From Schmidtea polychroa (lineage: Eukaryota), in the NCBI GenBank assembly GCA_044892525.1, contig CM097885.1:10232001-10296000 (forward strand): a stretch of DNA of 64,000 bases. The letters run 5' to 3'. Under the pieces are notes generated by a model, which had not been told where the DNA came from, ran no database searches, and worked only from the letters and a program-made list of their open reading frames with translations. Below are positions 1 through 10,400 of the stretch, in pieces (position 1 is the stretch's first letter; every line of letters begins with the position of its first letter). Position numbers and translations under genes: made by a program.

Positions 1-673
1 AAGGTTCTAGTGGGCTAAACCAGGATTGCCGAGAGAAGTTCATTGTAGGCTTGAGTCTTGCGTGCTCCAGCTGTCTCCGCTCGTTGCTGGGAATTGCCAA
101 TAGGATTGACAGTTGCGGATAATTCCTAAACTTTACGAATTTACTAATTTTAAATTTACAGTCTAACTTACTTCGAAGGATCCAGATGAATTGCAACACA
201 GAAGGGAATGAATCTAAAAATCTAATATACCAAAATAAACTAAATTTATCAGGAAAAAGTTTTTTTTTATATTTAAAAGCCTTATAATTAAATGTATTTA
301 AAATTTACTATTCAAAACCATTGTAGTTTACTTTAAATTTGACCTTATTATGATTGTTACGATAAAACACCGTAAGATATGCTAGGGAAAATTAATCGAG
401 GTGATTAATTGGTAATTTCCGCGTAAGTTAAATTTTAATGTATAGTGGAAGACTTGAATTTTAATTTAAGCAAAAGTTGAGGTACCCTTTTAAGTACAAT
501 TTAAGTTAATCTGATTAATTGTTTAAATTATGAACATTTGGAGTTTGCTTCGTATTGTAAGCCAATTTTTTTTTTGATTGTGTGTGGTTTCATATTAGCC
601 CGGGAGCGTTGTAGAGGTAAACGTTCTCGTTTGAATTGTGATAACCTTATTAATCCTTACTACCCAAATAGAT

Positions 674-1039
674 ATGTCACACTCAGACGACTCCAACGAT
701 GATGAAGGCTACAGACAAATGATCACCCGGCTCCGGTCCCGGTACGTCTGGCATCACATCCATCGGTGGGGCCAGGGACGGGACTTAGATTGTTCCAACC
801 AAGTAATCCGGACGGGCCCCGAAGTAGATGCCCCGGCGTGGGTAAAAGTAGAACCCACCAACAACGTGCTCCGGGAAGCCCGCGATCGAGCGGCCGATGA
901 GGTAGTAGAGGCCCAAAAGGGGCTGAGGAGACTCGAGCTCCAACTCAAGGCCGACACGTTGGGGATAGCTCTTGAAGAGCTGGAGGAGACCGATGCCCCT
1001 CCACGAAAACGGGGGAGGCCCCGCAAGAACCCGGCCTAA
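674..1039 (+). CDS. LTR-encoded small protein with coiled coil and C-terminal AT-hook (PRKRGRPRK)
   Basis: ATG 2 nt after a TAG acceptor; GC-rich ORF; RGRP AT-hook core; AATAAA about 20 nt after the stop; intact in both LTRs. Confidence 0.65.
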   Translation: MSHSDDSNDDEGYRQMITRLRSRYVWHHIHRWGQGRDLDCSNQVIRTGPEVDAPAWVKVEPTNNVLREARDRAADEVVEAQKGLRRLELQLKADTLGIALEELEETDAPPRKRGRPRKNPA

Positions 1040-1328
1040 CTTATCGACAATCGCGGCCTGAATAAAACGATTTTTACTGACCTGATTTAGTGATATTTTA
1101 GTAACCTAACGAATTGTATTTCTCTTTTGTTTATCAAACATAATCTATCGTGTAGTGATGCAATAAATTATATTTTAGTTATTTATACTTTGGGCTTTAT
1201 AGCTAATGGGGCGTATTCATAATTGAGGTGACCCTTTTCTCATCACCCACTTACAAATTCCATGCATGTACTCTAACCAACTTTGCGCACCAGAAGGCGA
1301 ATGAGGGGATTTATTATTATTTTCTTCA

Positions 1329-1763
1329 GTGTACCAGTTATTGGAAAACCTACGAAAGGACCGCGAACAGGCCCAGCAACAATCCGAGGGTCTCCGAGGT
1401 CGGGTCGAAAAACTCAAGCTGAAGTATCGAGAACTCCAAAGTACGTGGTTCAGTCCGGCCGACATGAAAAAACAAACTACGCGCATCTCACAACTCCAGA
1501 CCCAGGCGGAGCAAGATCAGCTCGAGATCCGAGCGCTGAAGCTACAAGTGCGCTCGCTCGAGAGTAAATTGAACGAAAAATTTGTCCAGGACACCCTTTG
1601 CGAGCAGATTCGTCCACTTTCCGTAGAGTTGGCCCGGATATACCCACCGGCCCAGACGAACAAGCCGAAACGCAAACGGTTAGGACGGAACACCCGAGAG
1701 AAATTGAAAAGGGCCTGGCTGGCTGAGCAGGAGAAAGCGAAAGGGCCTGAAGTCAATCCATGA
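1329..1763 (+). CDS. LTR-encoded coiled-coil protein with basic C-terminus; likely a spliced exon (no ATG)
   Basis: Begins at a TTTTCTTCAG acceptor; heptad-rich; KPKRKR basic patch; AATAAA at about 1818; identical in both LTRs. Confidence 0.55.
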   Translation: MYQLLENLRKDREQAQQQSEGLRGRVEKLKLKYRELQSTWFSPADMKKQTTRISQLQTQAEQDQLEIRALKLQVRSLESKLNEKFVQDTLCEQIRPLSVELARIYPPAQTNKPKRKRLGRNTREKLKRAWLAEQEKAKGPEVNP

Positions 1764-2145
1764 TCTTGGGAGGCGTTCGAGAGTGCGTGAACAATCTATG
1801 TAATATGGTGGTGGCTTAATAAATGAGTCTTGTTATTTAATGAGTATGAGAGTGAACTTTGCTGTTGTCTAAAACAGGATGGTTGGCGGGAAGGCGCTTG
1901 GAAAAACAATCTCGATGAGGGACCGAAATAAATCGGACACGTGCCTTCTATCGGCGTCCGTGAACCCATAGAGTGCTCGACAATTACAGTGCTTGGCGCG
2001 CTCACTTTTTGCGAGTACTCAACCCCTTGGTACAGTACCAACGTTGATTGCTCAACGGGTACCAAGAGGAAAACAATGTTGTATTCTGGGTTACGCTGGT
2101 AACAGCACTTAAACATTCAACCACCAGTAACCCACCATACAAATT

Positions 2146-2163
2146 TGGGGGCTCAGCCGGGAT
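2146..2163 (+). promoter_or_regulatory. Primer binding site, tRNA-Pro
   Basis: TGGGGGCTCAGCCGGGAT, 16/18 identical to the MLV tRNA-Pro PBS TGGGGGCTCGTCCGGGAT; just 3' of the 5' LTR. Confidence 0.9.
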
Positions 2164-2859
2164 TTGAAAATTTAATTGGTGAAAGAACCCGAGAATAGAT
2201 ATAATAGAGAGAGTAAAAGCTGATATAAAGTGATATGCATTCAAGACCGAGCAGGTTGTCTTCCCAAGCGCTTAAACTTAGTATATGGATATGTGAATAT
2301 GATAAAATGTATGTAGAATGTCTAAATGAGTGATGGAAGTTTTAAAGTATGACGACATATGAATGTATTGAAAGTGGGTATGAGAATGCTGTACGAATAA
2401 CTTAGTAATAGAATGAATGAGGATAAACGAAAATTAAAACGAAAACAAATTATAATAAAATTGTAAATATCAACGATTAATAAAATGTAAATATAAGGAA
2501 ATAATAAAAATTTAAAAATAGGGAAAAGGGGGGATAGCACGCTAATAAAGATAGAACAAACGAACAATGAAATTAAACTTAATCAGAAAACGTGTAAAAT
2601 ATGGCGATAACGAATGGGATATGGGTTATATATAATTAAAACGATTGTAATAAAATCACAAGATCATGAAAGAAATTTGCGCGGAATAGAGCATTAAACA
2701 GAGGGAGACGGGGTTGTTAAGGGTAATAAGTAGAATGTAAAGGTTTATCGAAGCACTAATAAAATAAAGTATTCTGGATATTAGGGGGAAAACGATAAAG
2801 GGGGAAAATGACGCGGAATATTAATAAAAAGAGAACTTTAATTAATAAATCTTAATTAG

Positions 2860-3342
2860 ATGGAATCAACCGGCTACATTACAAAGAGACTCGAAAAATT
2901 CGTAGATTTAACACACAATTCGTTACAACGGCTAAATCGCAAAGCGGACCAATTAATAAAAATCCAAGATGAGATGAGCTTGAATCCAAGACCGCAAGCT
3001 GAGGAAATATGTGTAATGATGAAAATAGCGACACCTAATGCAGAATTGACCACTAAAAGAGTTTATCAACTTCAAAATTTACGATTAGATAATGCCAAAT
3101 TTAACATCAAATGGCAGGAGATAATGATAAAAATGGAAACGATCGAGGAAGAAATTAAAGAAGCAATCGAACATCAAGTTAAAGATTTTAGAAAATGCTT
3201 CATATGCAGAACCAATGAAATACGAGTAATGACGATTCCATGTGGTCATTTATGCTACTGCGAGAATTGCGCAGAGAAAATTAAACGATGCAACGTATGC
3301 GATACGAATGTTAGAGAGAAAATTGTAATATACCTCCCATAA
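2860..3342 (+). CDS. Coiled-coil plus IAP-type C3HC4 RING protein (no BIR), putative E3 ligase
   Basis: CFIC...PCGHLCYCENC...CNVC and IAP-like C-terminal IYLP tail; TAG|ATG start; AATAAA after the stop. Confidence 0.85.
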   Translation: MESTGYITKRLEKFVDLTHNSLQRLNRKADQLIKIQDEMSLNPRPQAEEICVMMKIATPNAELTTKRVYQLQNLRLDNAKFNIKWQEIMIKMETIEEEIKEAIEHQVKDFRKCFICRTNEIRVMTIPCGHLCYCENCAEKIKRCNVCDTNVREKIVIYLP

Positions 3343-4039
3343 GGAGATGTTGTCAAATAAATTTCTTGTGAATGAATATGAAGTGATAAACTTAGTAAAT
3401 TATATTAAAAATCCATTATAGCAACCGAAAGGTATAAAACATACGATGAACATAGACATATAAAGAACACAGAATACGTTAAATAAATAGACAAGCAACA
3501 CAGCAATTAGAACTAAAATCAAAGTTGAATGCAGGACTGATCATAGTCAGTACGATTTTTATTTCCAATTTTCTTTTCTTCCTGTTTGTTATTTTGGCAT
3601 AAAGAGATACGATAATGAGGGGATGACAAGTGAATCGTCCTTACGACACTTGCCCGGATGGGGAAATCCTGATCACCCTGATGAGAGAATGTAGTAGGAT
3701 CCATCGCAAATGTTGGGGAGTTTCTGTCCAGTGACTGATCACCACTTGTGGGAAACGAACCAACGCGATTATTATATTTTTTGTCTGGGAGACTGGGACT
3801 AACTAAAAGGGCGAATAAAAATAGAAAAATAAAATAAAAATTGAAAAACGCGCGCTAAATGTTAAAAATTTAATCTGAGAGCAGCTGCGGATTTGAAGAA
3901 ACCGTTTTTGGACTTCAAATCAGATGAGAATAATGATTTTTCCCTAGCGAGTGATGAGGCACCCGAGTACAGCGGCTAACCACCGGACTGTAGTGTCCAG
4001 GAGATTATCAGCCAAGGGACTGATGATGCTGGATCACCC

Positions 4040-4610
4040 AATACAAAAACCCTGATGCCACACCGAGTATTGGGCGCACTTTTTTGAGTTGCTAGCGGGA
4101 CTTGATACAAAAACCCGGAAGGGTAGCGAACGAGAGAGACCCAGTTACCTACACCGAGTATCAAGGAGCCCAGTGAAACGGTTGTGAGATGCGAGTCAAC
4201 CGGTAAAGGACTCGTACTCAACAGGCAACCAAGATTGGACCAGTTGTGAGGCGGGAGACCGAGAGTCAACTGCATATCCAATTTCCTTTTAGCTTCACTA
4301 GTCGGGAGATCTGGTTCATCACTTTTGAGAATCACGATCAAGGCGATTAGGCATTTCCGTGTTTTTTAAATCCTGATAGATAGGATGTTTTTGCTTCGTG
4401 ATTATTGCTAGCAGGGGTCGGTACAAAACCCGGATGCCCACACCGAGTACCGATAGGCCCAGTGAAACGGCGATGAGATTAGAGTTACCGGTATTAGACT
4501 CTTTTCAATAAGCGGCCAAGAATTGAGCCAGTTGTGAGGCCTCAGCAGATTAAGAGTTTGAGTAGGAGGAGCCTCGAATTTTTGATTAGCCCGAAAGTCA
4601 ACTGTCAACT
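4040..4610 (+). repeat. Degenerate direct repeats in the 5' leader
   Basis: Blocks TACAAAA(A)CCC..ATGCC..ACACCGAGTA, GCCCAGTGAAACGG and CCAGTTGTGAGGC recur at about 4041-4270 and 4421-4545. Confidence 0.75.
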
Positions 4611-4720
4611 CAATTTAATCGCGGTAGGGACGATAGTAGGTGTTAAAACCGAAGGCGTCTGGGGGTTGAAGAAACCTCATTTAGGGCATTTGAAACCGGT
4701 CAGGGACCGAAGACCGCGAA

Positions 4721-5034
4721 TACGGCGTAATGGTGTAAAAGCCCAGGCGTCTAGGAGTCGTAAAAGACTTCAATTTTGATTAAACCGGCCGGAAGCCGAT
4801 GCCGACGCGGAGGTCTAACAAACCAAAGCGTTGATGGGTAATAGGAGATTATACGGCGTAATGGTGTAAAAGCCCAGGCGTCTAGGAGTCGTAAAAGACT
4901 TCAATTTTGATTAAACCGGCCGGAAGCCGATGCCGACGCGGAGGTCTAACAAACCAAAGCGTTGATGGGTAATAGTAGATTATATGGCGTAATGGTGTAA
5001 AAGCCCAGGCGTCTAGGAGTCGTAAAAGACTTCA
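4721..5034 (+). repeat. 131-bp tandem repeat (about 2.4 copies) in the 5' leader
   Basis: TA(C/T)GGCGTAATGGTGTAAAAGCCCAGGCGTCTAGG starts at 4721, 4852 and 4983; decayed partial units continue to about 5190. Confidence 0.92.
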
Positions 5035-5903
5035 TGAGATTAAAATGAGTTGATTAAACCGGCCAAGGAGCCGATGGTAATTGAGTGAAATGATTTAAAT
5101 GAAAATAAAGGAGTTGAACAAACCGGCCAGAGAGCCGATGGTAAATAAAGGTGGATGTAGAGGTCGCGCGAACCAAAGCATCAATGATTAACTATGAAAT
5201 TGATTAAACTGAAATAGATTAAGTGCGATAAATATGTAATGAGTTGAGGAGAATTATGATAAAGCGCCGGCGCAAGCGAAAATGAAACCAGTTTTTGGAT
5301 GGGGAAAAGCGAACGAATAGATAGTAGTTGAATTATTGAATTTTATTTATTAATGATATGTTTATTTTGATATTTATGTGATTGATATTATATCTCTATG
5401 ATAATTATAAAAGGGATAGATAATTGATGCGACTATATAGATAATTGATACGAGTTATAGATAATTTAAAATCAACTTAAAATCAAAATGGGGCGAATAG
5501 CGAGAAGTGTAGAAAAGCTAGAAAATTTGAAGCGAAGGGACAGTAAAATAAAGGGAAAAGGAAAAGTAAATGAAGGGTTTAATAAAGAGAATTTATGATA
5601 TGTACTAGAGGTGTTAATTATTTTAGAATAAAGCAAACAATTCAGAAAGAAATCAAAGAAATCAAGAAAGCAATAGAAATCAAGAGATATAGAGAAATCA
5701 ATTAGAAGCGAAGAATCAAGGAAATTAAAAAAACCAAATCCAAGAAGAGTTAGAGAATCGTAAAGATTAAAGCGAGAAAAATACTTAGAAAACATCGAGC
5801 TCGATTGACAAAGTAGAAAATTTATCAAAGGATATTAAAAGGAGGAAAAATTGATAGCATAGCTAACCGAACGAGGCGAAAAAGTAAAGGAAACCTCAGT
5901 TTA

Positions 5904-7439
5904 TTGGAAAAGGAAGAGATACAAAAGGCCAAGACCAACAGAAAACTACACAGGAAGCCAGCATCAGTAGAAACAGTATTTGAATCAGACAGTTTAACAA
6001 ACGAATTTGAGAACAGCGACGACCTTAAACGAACCGAACTAGATCCGATAAGTGACATTGAATCATCAGACGAGGAAGGAAATAGTTCAGAGTCAACCAA
6101 TATAACAATTTTGTGTCAAGAAATAATGACAGACGGAATTCCAAATGTAACAGGGCTAACGGACCCACCGGAAACAAGTAATGTGCACGTCAACATTGGA
6201 GAATTCAGAGAGAAATTTCGAGGAGAGCCATTCGATGGAAATATAAACCAGCTGGAAACGTTTATAAAGGAATTCGAAGTATACATTACGATATGTCACT
6301 GGCCAGATATAGTCGTACGAGAACGAATACCCCTATATCTAAAGGGAAGCGCCCAAGATGTATACTTGGAGGCGAAATGTGATGCAACAAAGTTGAGAAC
6401 GTGGAAAGAGATCAAGGAGTTTTTAATAAAAACATTCGGTACCGAAAAAGAGGGAAATCGAAAAATGTTAGACTTTCTGCATCGAAAGCAGAAATATAAC
6501 GAATCCAACGCACTGTACGCATGCGAATTGAGGCGACTAGCACGAGAAGCCTTCGATTCAAATCAACCAGTTCCGGAAGACAAAATAATAGCCGTATTCG
6601 TAGATGGCATGAAACGAGAGGATATACGGGCAACCTTGGGATGCCGAGCACCAGAGACGCTGGAAGAAGCACTAAAAATCGCTAACAAATGTGAAACCTA
6701 CTTAACACCAATACAAGTAGCAGCAATGACAGCAGCTCCAGCAGCTCCAGCGGCAACAGCAACAACCACAAACAACCAAGTCAATAATGCAAATCCAGTA
6801 ATGAACCAATTCATCCCAGGATCGCAACAGTTGTTCAAAACCCCACAAACGAGAAACCAAGACAATGGAGGTAATATTCAAAATTTTACTAATAATTTCA
6901 GGAACAACGACATCAACAATCGAACGTGCAACATATGCCAAAGACCAGGGCATTGGAGCAATGAATGTTATAAAGCAAGGATGTGTCAAAAGTGTGGGAG
7001 AAGAGGCCACACGGAAAATGTCTGCAGAGGACCCATGATGTCTATGGGCAGAGGAGGAACCAGAACCTGCTACAATTGTAATCAGCCTGGACACATGGCA
7101 AGAGAATGCACGATGAGAACCAAACCAAATCAACCAGGATCAAACAATCCAGTTCAGAACACACAAATCAACCTCATGCAGGAAATCGAACAATTAAAAG
7201 ATATGATCCAGCGAATACCGACTAATAACCAACAACAACGAATCAACATGATGCAGAGCACCGAGGAAATCCGGAACCAACCAAGTAAGCAACAACAAGA
7301 TCAGCAACGAGTCGAATGGCAAAGATTACAAAACGAGGAAGCCAGAGAAATTCAAGAAAGATGGAAACAACGGGAAGCGAATCCCGGAAGAATAAATATG
7401 ATGAGATTACCAAATAAAGAGGAATCGCACACTGCGTAG
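5904..7439 (+). CDS. gag: Gag (capsid-like region plus nucleocapsid with three CCHC zinc knuckles); first ATG at 6126
   Basis: Retrotransposon Gag-like PFDG...LKGSA..Y segment; knuckles CNICQRPGHWSNEC, CQKCGRRGHTENVC and CYNCNQPGHMAREC. Confidence 0.93.
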   Translation: MEKEEIQKAKTNRKLHRKPASVETVFESDSLTNEFENSDDLKRTELDPISDIESSDEEGNSSESTNITILCQEIMTDGIPNVTGLTDPPETSNVHVNIGEFREKFRGEPFDGNINQLETFIKEFEVYITICHWPDIVVRERIPLYLKGSAQDVYLEAKCDATKLRTWKEIKEFLIKTFGTEKEGNRKMLDFLHRKQKYNESNALYACELRRLAREAFDSNQPVPEDKIIAVFVDGMKREDIRATLGCRAPETLEEALKIANKCETYLTPIQVAAMTAAPAAPAATATTTNNQVNNANPVMNQFIPGSQQLFKTPQTRNQDNGGNIQNFTNNFRNNDINNRTCNICQRPGHWSNECYKARMCQKCGRRGHTENVCRGPMMSMGRGGTRTCYNCNQPGHMARECTMRTKPNQPGSNNPVQNTQINLMQEIEQLKDMIQRIPTNNQQQRINMMQSTEEIRNQPSKQQQDQQRVEWQRLQNEEAREIQERWKQREANPGRINMMRLPNKEESHTA

Positions 7440-10400
7440 CAGTGTGTTAACAACGACGGGAGTGAACCGATAATAAACAAGGAGATAAAAACGACAAAAG
7501 AAAATGAGATTGATCCACGAACAGAATTGAGCAGTGAAGAGAAAATACAATTGATTAAAGAATTTACCAAAGAGGAGAAAGAAAGGAGACAAAAGAGAGA
7601 TGAGAGTAAAGACGAACCAAAAAGCAATGAGATAGTTACAAAAAATCGAATTCAGAGGGTACTACTACAAAAAATCGAAGACAGAATCAAAAACGAAAAC
7701 CCTACATTAACTGAGGAACAAATAAAAGAAAAAGTGAAAGAGCATTGGTTCAGGAAAAATGAGTGGTTTGAAAAGAAGGAACCACATACCAAAGCTAAAA
7801 TAAACATGCTGAGACAAATGCGGAGCGATCAGACGGATCAGGAAGATGAGAAAAGTGAGGTGAGTAGCCTGGGAGGCGAATTATTTCAGTCAAGTGAGGA
7901 AAATAACGAACCGAAAACACCTCCAAACAGTGAAACACCTCAAAGTAGTGAGGAGAGTGAAAATGATGACATGAAATCAATGATAGAAAAAGATGAAGAA
8001 GAGATATTCGAGGAAATTCTCGACACAGTAACAGAAATAGAGCGAAATGAGAGCTACATCAACGAGTTAACATACAGAAAATGCTTAAAACTTATAACTC
8101 AAGTATACCAGTGTGAAGGAGGTATAATAACGGCAGCATGGAAAGATTTAGCAACAAAATATAAAGAGAAACTAAAGGAAGCAGGCCCAGATCAATATCA
8201 AGTAAGTATTCAACACCCCGAGATTCAGATACAGACTATTGAATTAAAAGGAACAAATACCGATGAACTGTACAACTGGGTACAGGAAAAAATGGGAACG
8301 AGCCATAAAAATAAACAATTATATGTCGATGGTTACAAAGTTAAAATGGGCATACATTTGGTAGATGCGATGATATGGCCAAACGAAACTAACATCTTAA
8401 CCTTAGAGAAAACCAGAGATGACGACTCGGTAGCAGAAATGTTCAAGAAAATCCAACAAGTGTTTAACAATGAAGTGGAACCAGAATTGGAAAAGATCGA
8501 ACGAAAAATAAGGAAAGAAAATCAAATAATCTTAGTCAAACAAGCTATCGATCAGACAAGGAAATACATTAATAGACTGAGAGAAAGATGGCCACAACTA
8601 ATGAAACAATTCGTTAAAGACGTACGAGACACGGAAATCATGAGATTCGAAGACAAACGAGCGACAGAATTGATATCTAAATACGGAGAATACGAGAGAA
8701 CCAAATGCGAGCATGAAACGATAAAAATAAAGGTGAAGTTGCCAAATGAAGAGAAACAAATAATAGAAGTTAATCCCGATTGCCAAGTTGACGAGTTAGT
8801 GCAAATCATAGATCAAGAGATCATCCAAAAAGCTCGAGAAAATAGTGAGGATGGAATGATCGAAGATGTGATAATAATGTACAACCGGCACATGCTAGAA
8901 AGAGGAGACCGAACTGTAATTTACGAACTGGGAATCTGGGAAGATGGAGCCGTCATCAATATAATCGCGATGGATGAACCATCTGGTGGGCACAAAAACG
9001 CCACGAAAACCGAGCAACAAATTAAAAGATTCCAATGGGGAATGAGGGCAAAGATGGATCGAATAATAGATATTTATAACCATTGGCTAAAGGATGATAA
9101 ACTAAAACTAGCAGCCTTCAATGACGAAGATTGCAAACTGATACCATGGAAAAAAGTGTGGATCGAAAGTGAAGCTCGATGGGAATGGGAGCAGCAAAAG
9201 TTGGAACCAAATTGGATAGATAATATACCCGAAGAGATCGCAGCAGTATGGGTAAGGGAGAAACCGATCGATACTTACCAGGATATATTACCACAAGAAT
9301 TCCAAAATGAATTACCATCAGGAGAAGATGAGGAGATACGAGAACCAGTAAGGTTAGCACCATTCACGTGGAAAATTGAGAATTGGATGGGAAAGATAAA
9401 ATCAGCAAAGGAAGAGAAAATCACACGATTAGTAAGTCCACCGTTCTACTCAGGATTAGGTGAGTACAAGATGAAATTGCGAATATACCCGAACCGAGAC
9501 GGGATAGGTAAAGGAAATTATGTGTCGGCATTCTTCGCCATCTGCAAAGGAAATTATGACGACAAGGTACCATGGCCGTTTAGCAGAAAAGTGACGATAG
9601 CAATCGAACCATTGAAAGATAGCCTTAACATGCACAAAGAAACATTGAAACCAGATCCAAGGAGCGCCTGCTATCAACGACCAACAACATCAGAAAATAT
9701 CGCTTCTGGGACACCTAAATTAATACGTCTAAGTTACATTGAGAATGAGCAGTCAAAATTTGTGAAAAACAATGCTATCCAGATCAGAGTAGAAGTTGAA
9801 ACAGAACAAGAAATGAACCAACGACTGAACATACCAGAAAATCAACCGAGAATCTGTATGATGAGGAGAAGAGTGCCTGATTCAGGACATCTACCAATAG
9901 ACGCAGATGCAGATGAGGAGGAAGCAGCAACATTGTTGGAAGCACAAAAATGTAAGGAGTTGATGGAGATATTACAAAACGGGGCGAAAAATCGTCGACG
10001 AGCGGTGGTAGAACTAGCAAAATGGATAGCCGAATCATGCAAAAGGATTCAAAACCTACGAAAAATCGTTAAAGCGATTGAAGAATATCGACGGGTGTAC
10101 GTATGGTACCCTGAACAATTTGGTGAAATTATCCGGAAATGGAAACAACAAGAGTGGGCCGAAAACTCACCTGAGAAATATCAATTAAAAATATTCATGC
10201 CAGATTTTGAACCAATGGAAAAGGAATTCTATACGACAGCTAAAGTCAGAGAAGTTAAAAAGAGAATACCTTATGAACTCCCATTCCACTTACAACACGA
10301 GGGACGATCATTAGACGACGATATTGAGATTGGTGTGACACCACTCCAAGGAGAAATTGTGAACAGATTAACGGTGAGTAAAATTGCAGGTAGAGAGCTA

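Larger units (their letters stand above)
1..2137 (+). repeat. 5' LTR (3' part only, truncated by the window start)
   Basis: Matches 30663-32803 except for a 1-nt indel, a 3-nt indel and a substitution seen by eye; identity ends at ...CAGTAACCCACCA; PBS follows. Confidence 0.95.

Noticed and set aside
4721..5034. CRISPR-like array
   Set aside because: Tandem units without unique spacers, in a eukaryotic retroelement context
7527..7529. TTG start of the 4221-aa ORF
   Set aside because: Artefact of ORF calling; the frame is open from the gag stop at 7439, so readthrough is more plausible
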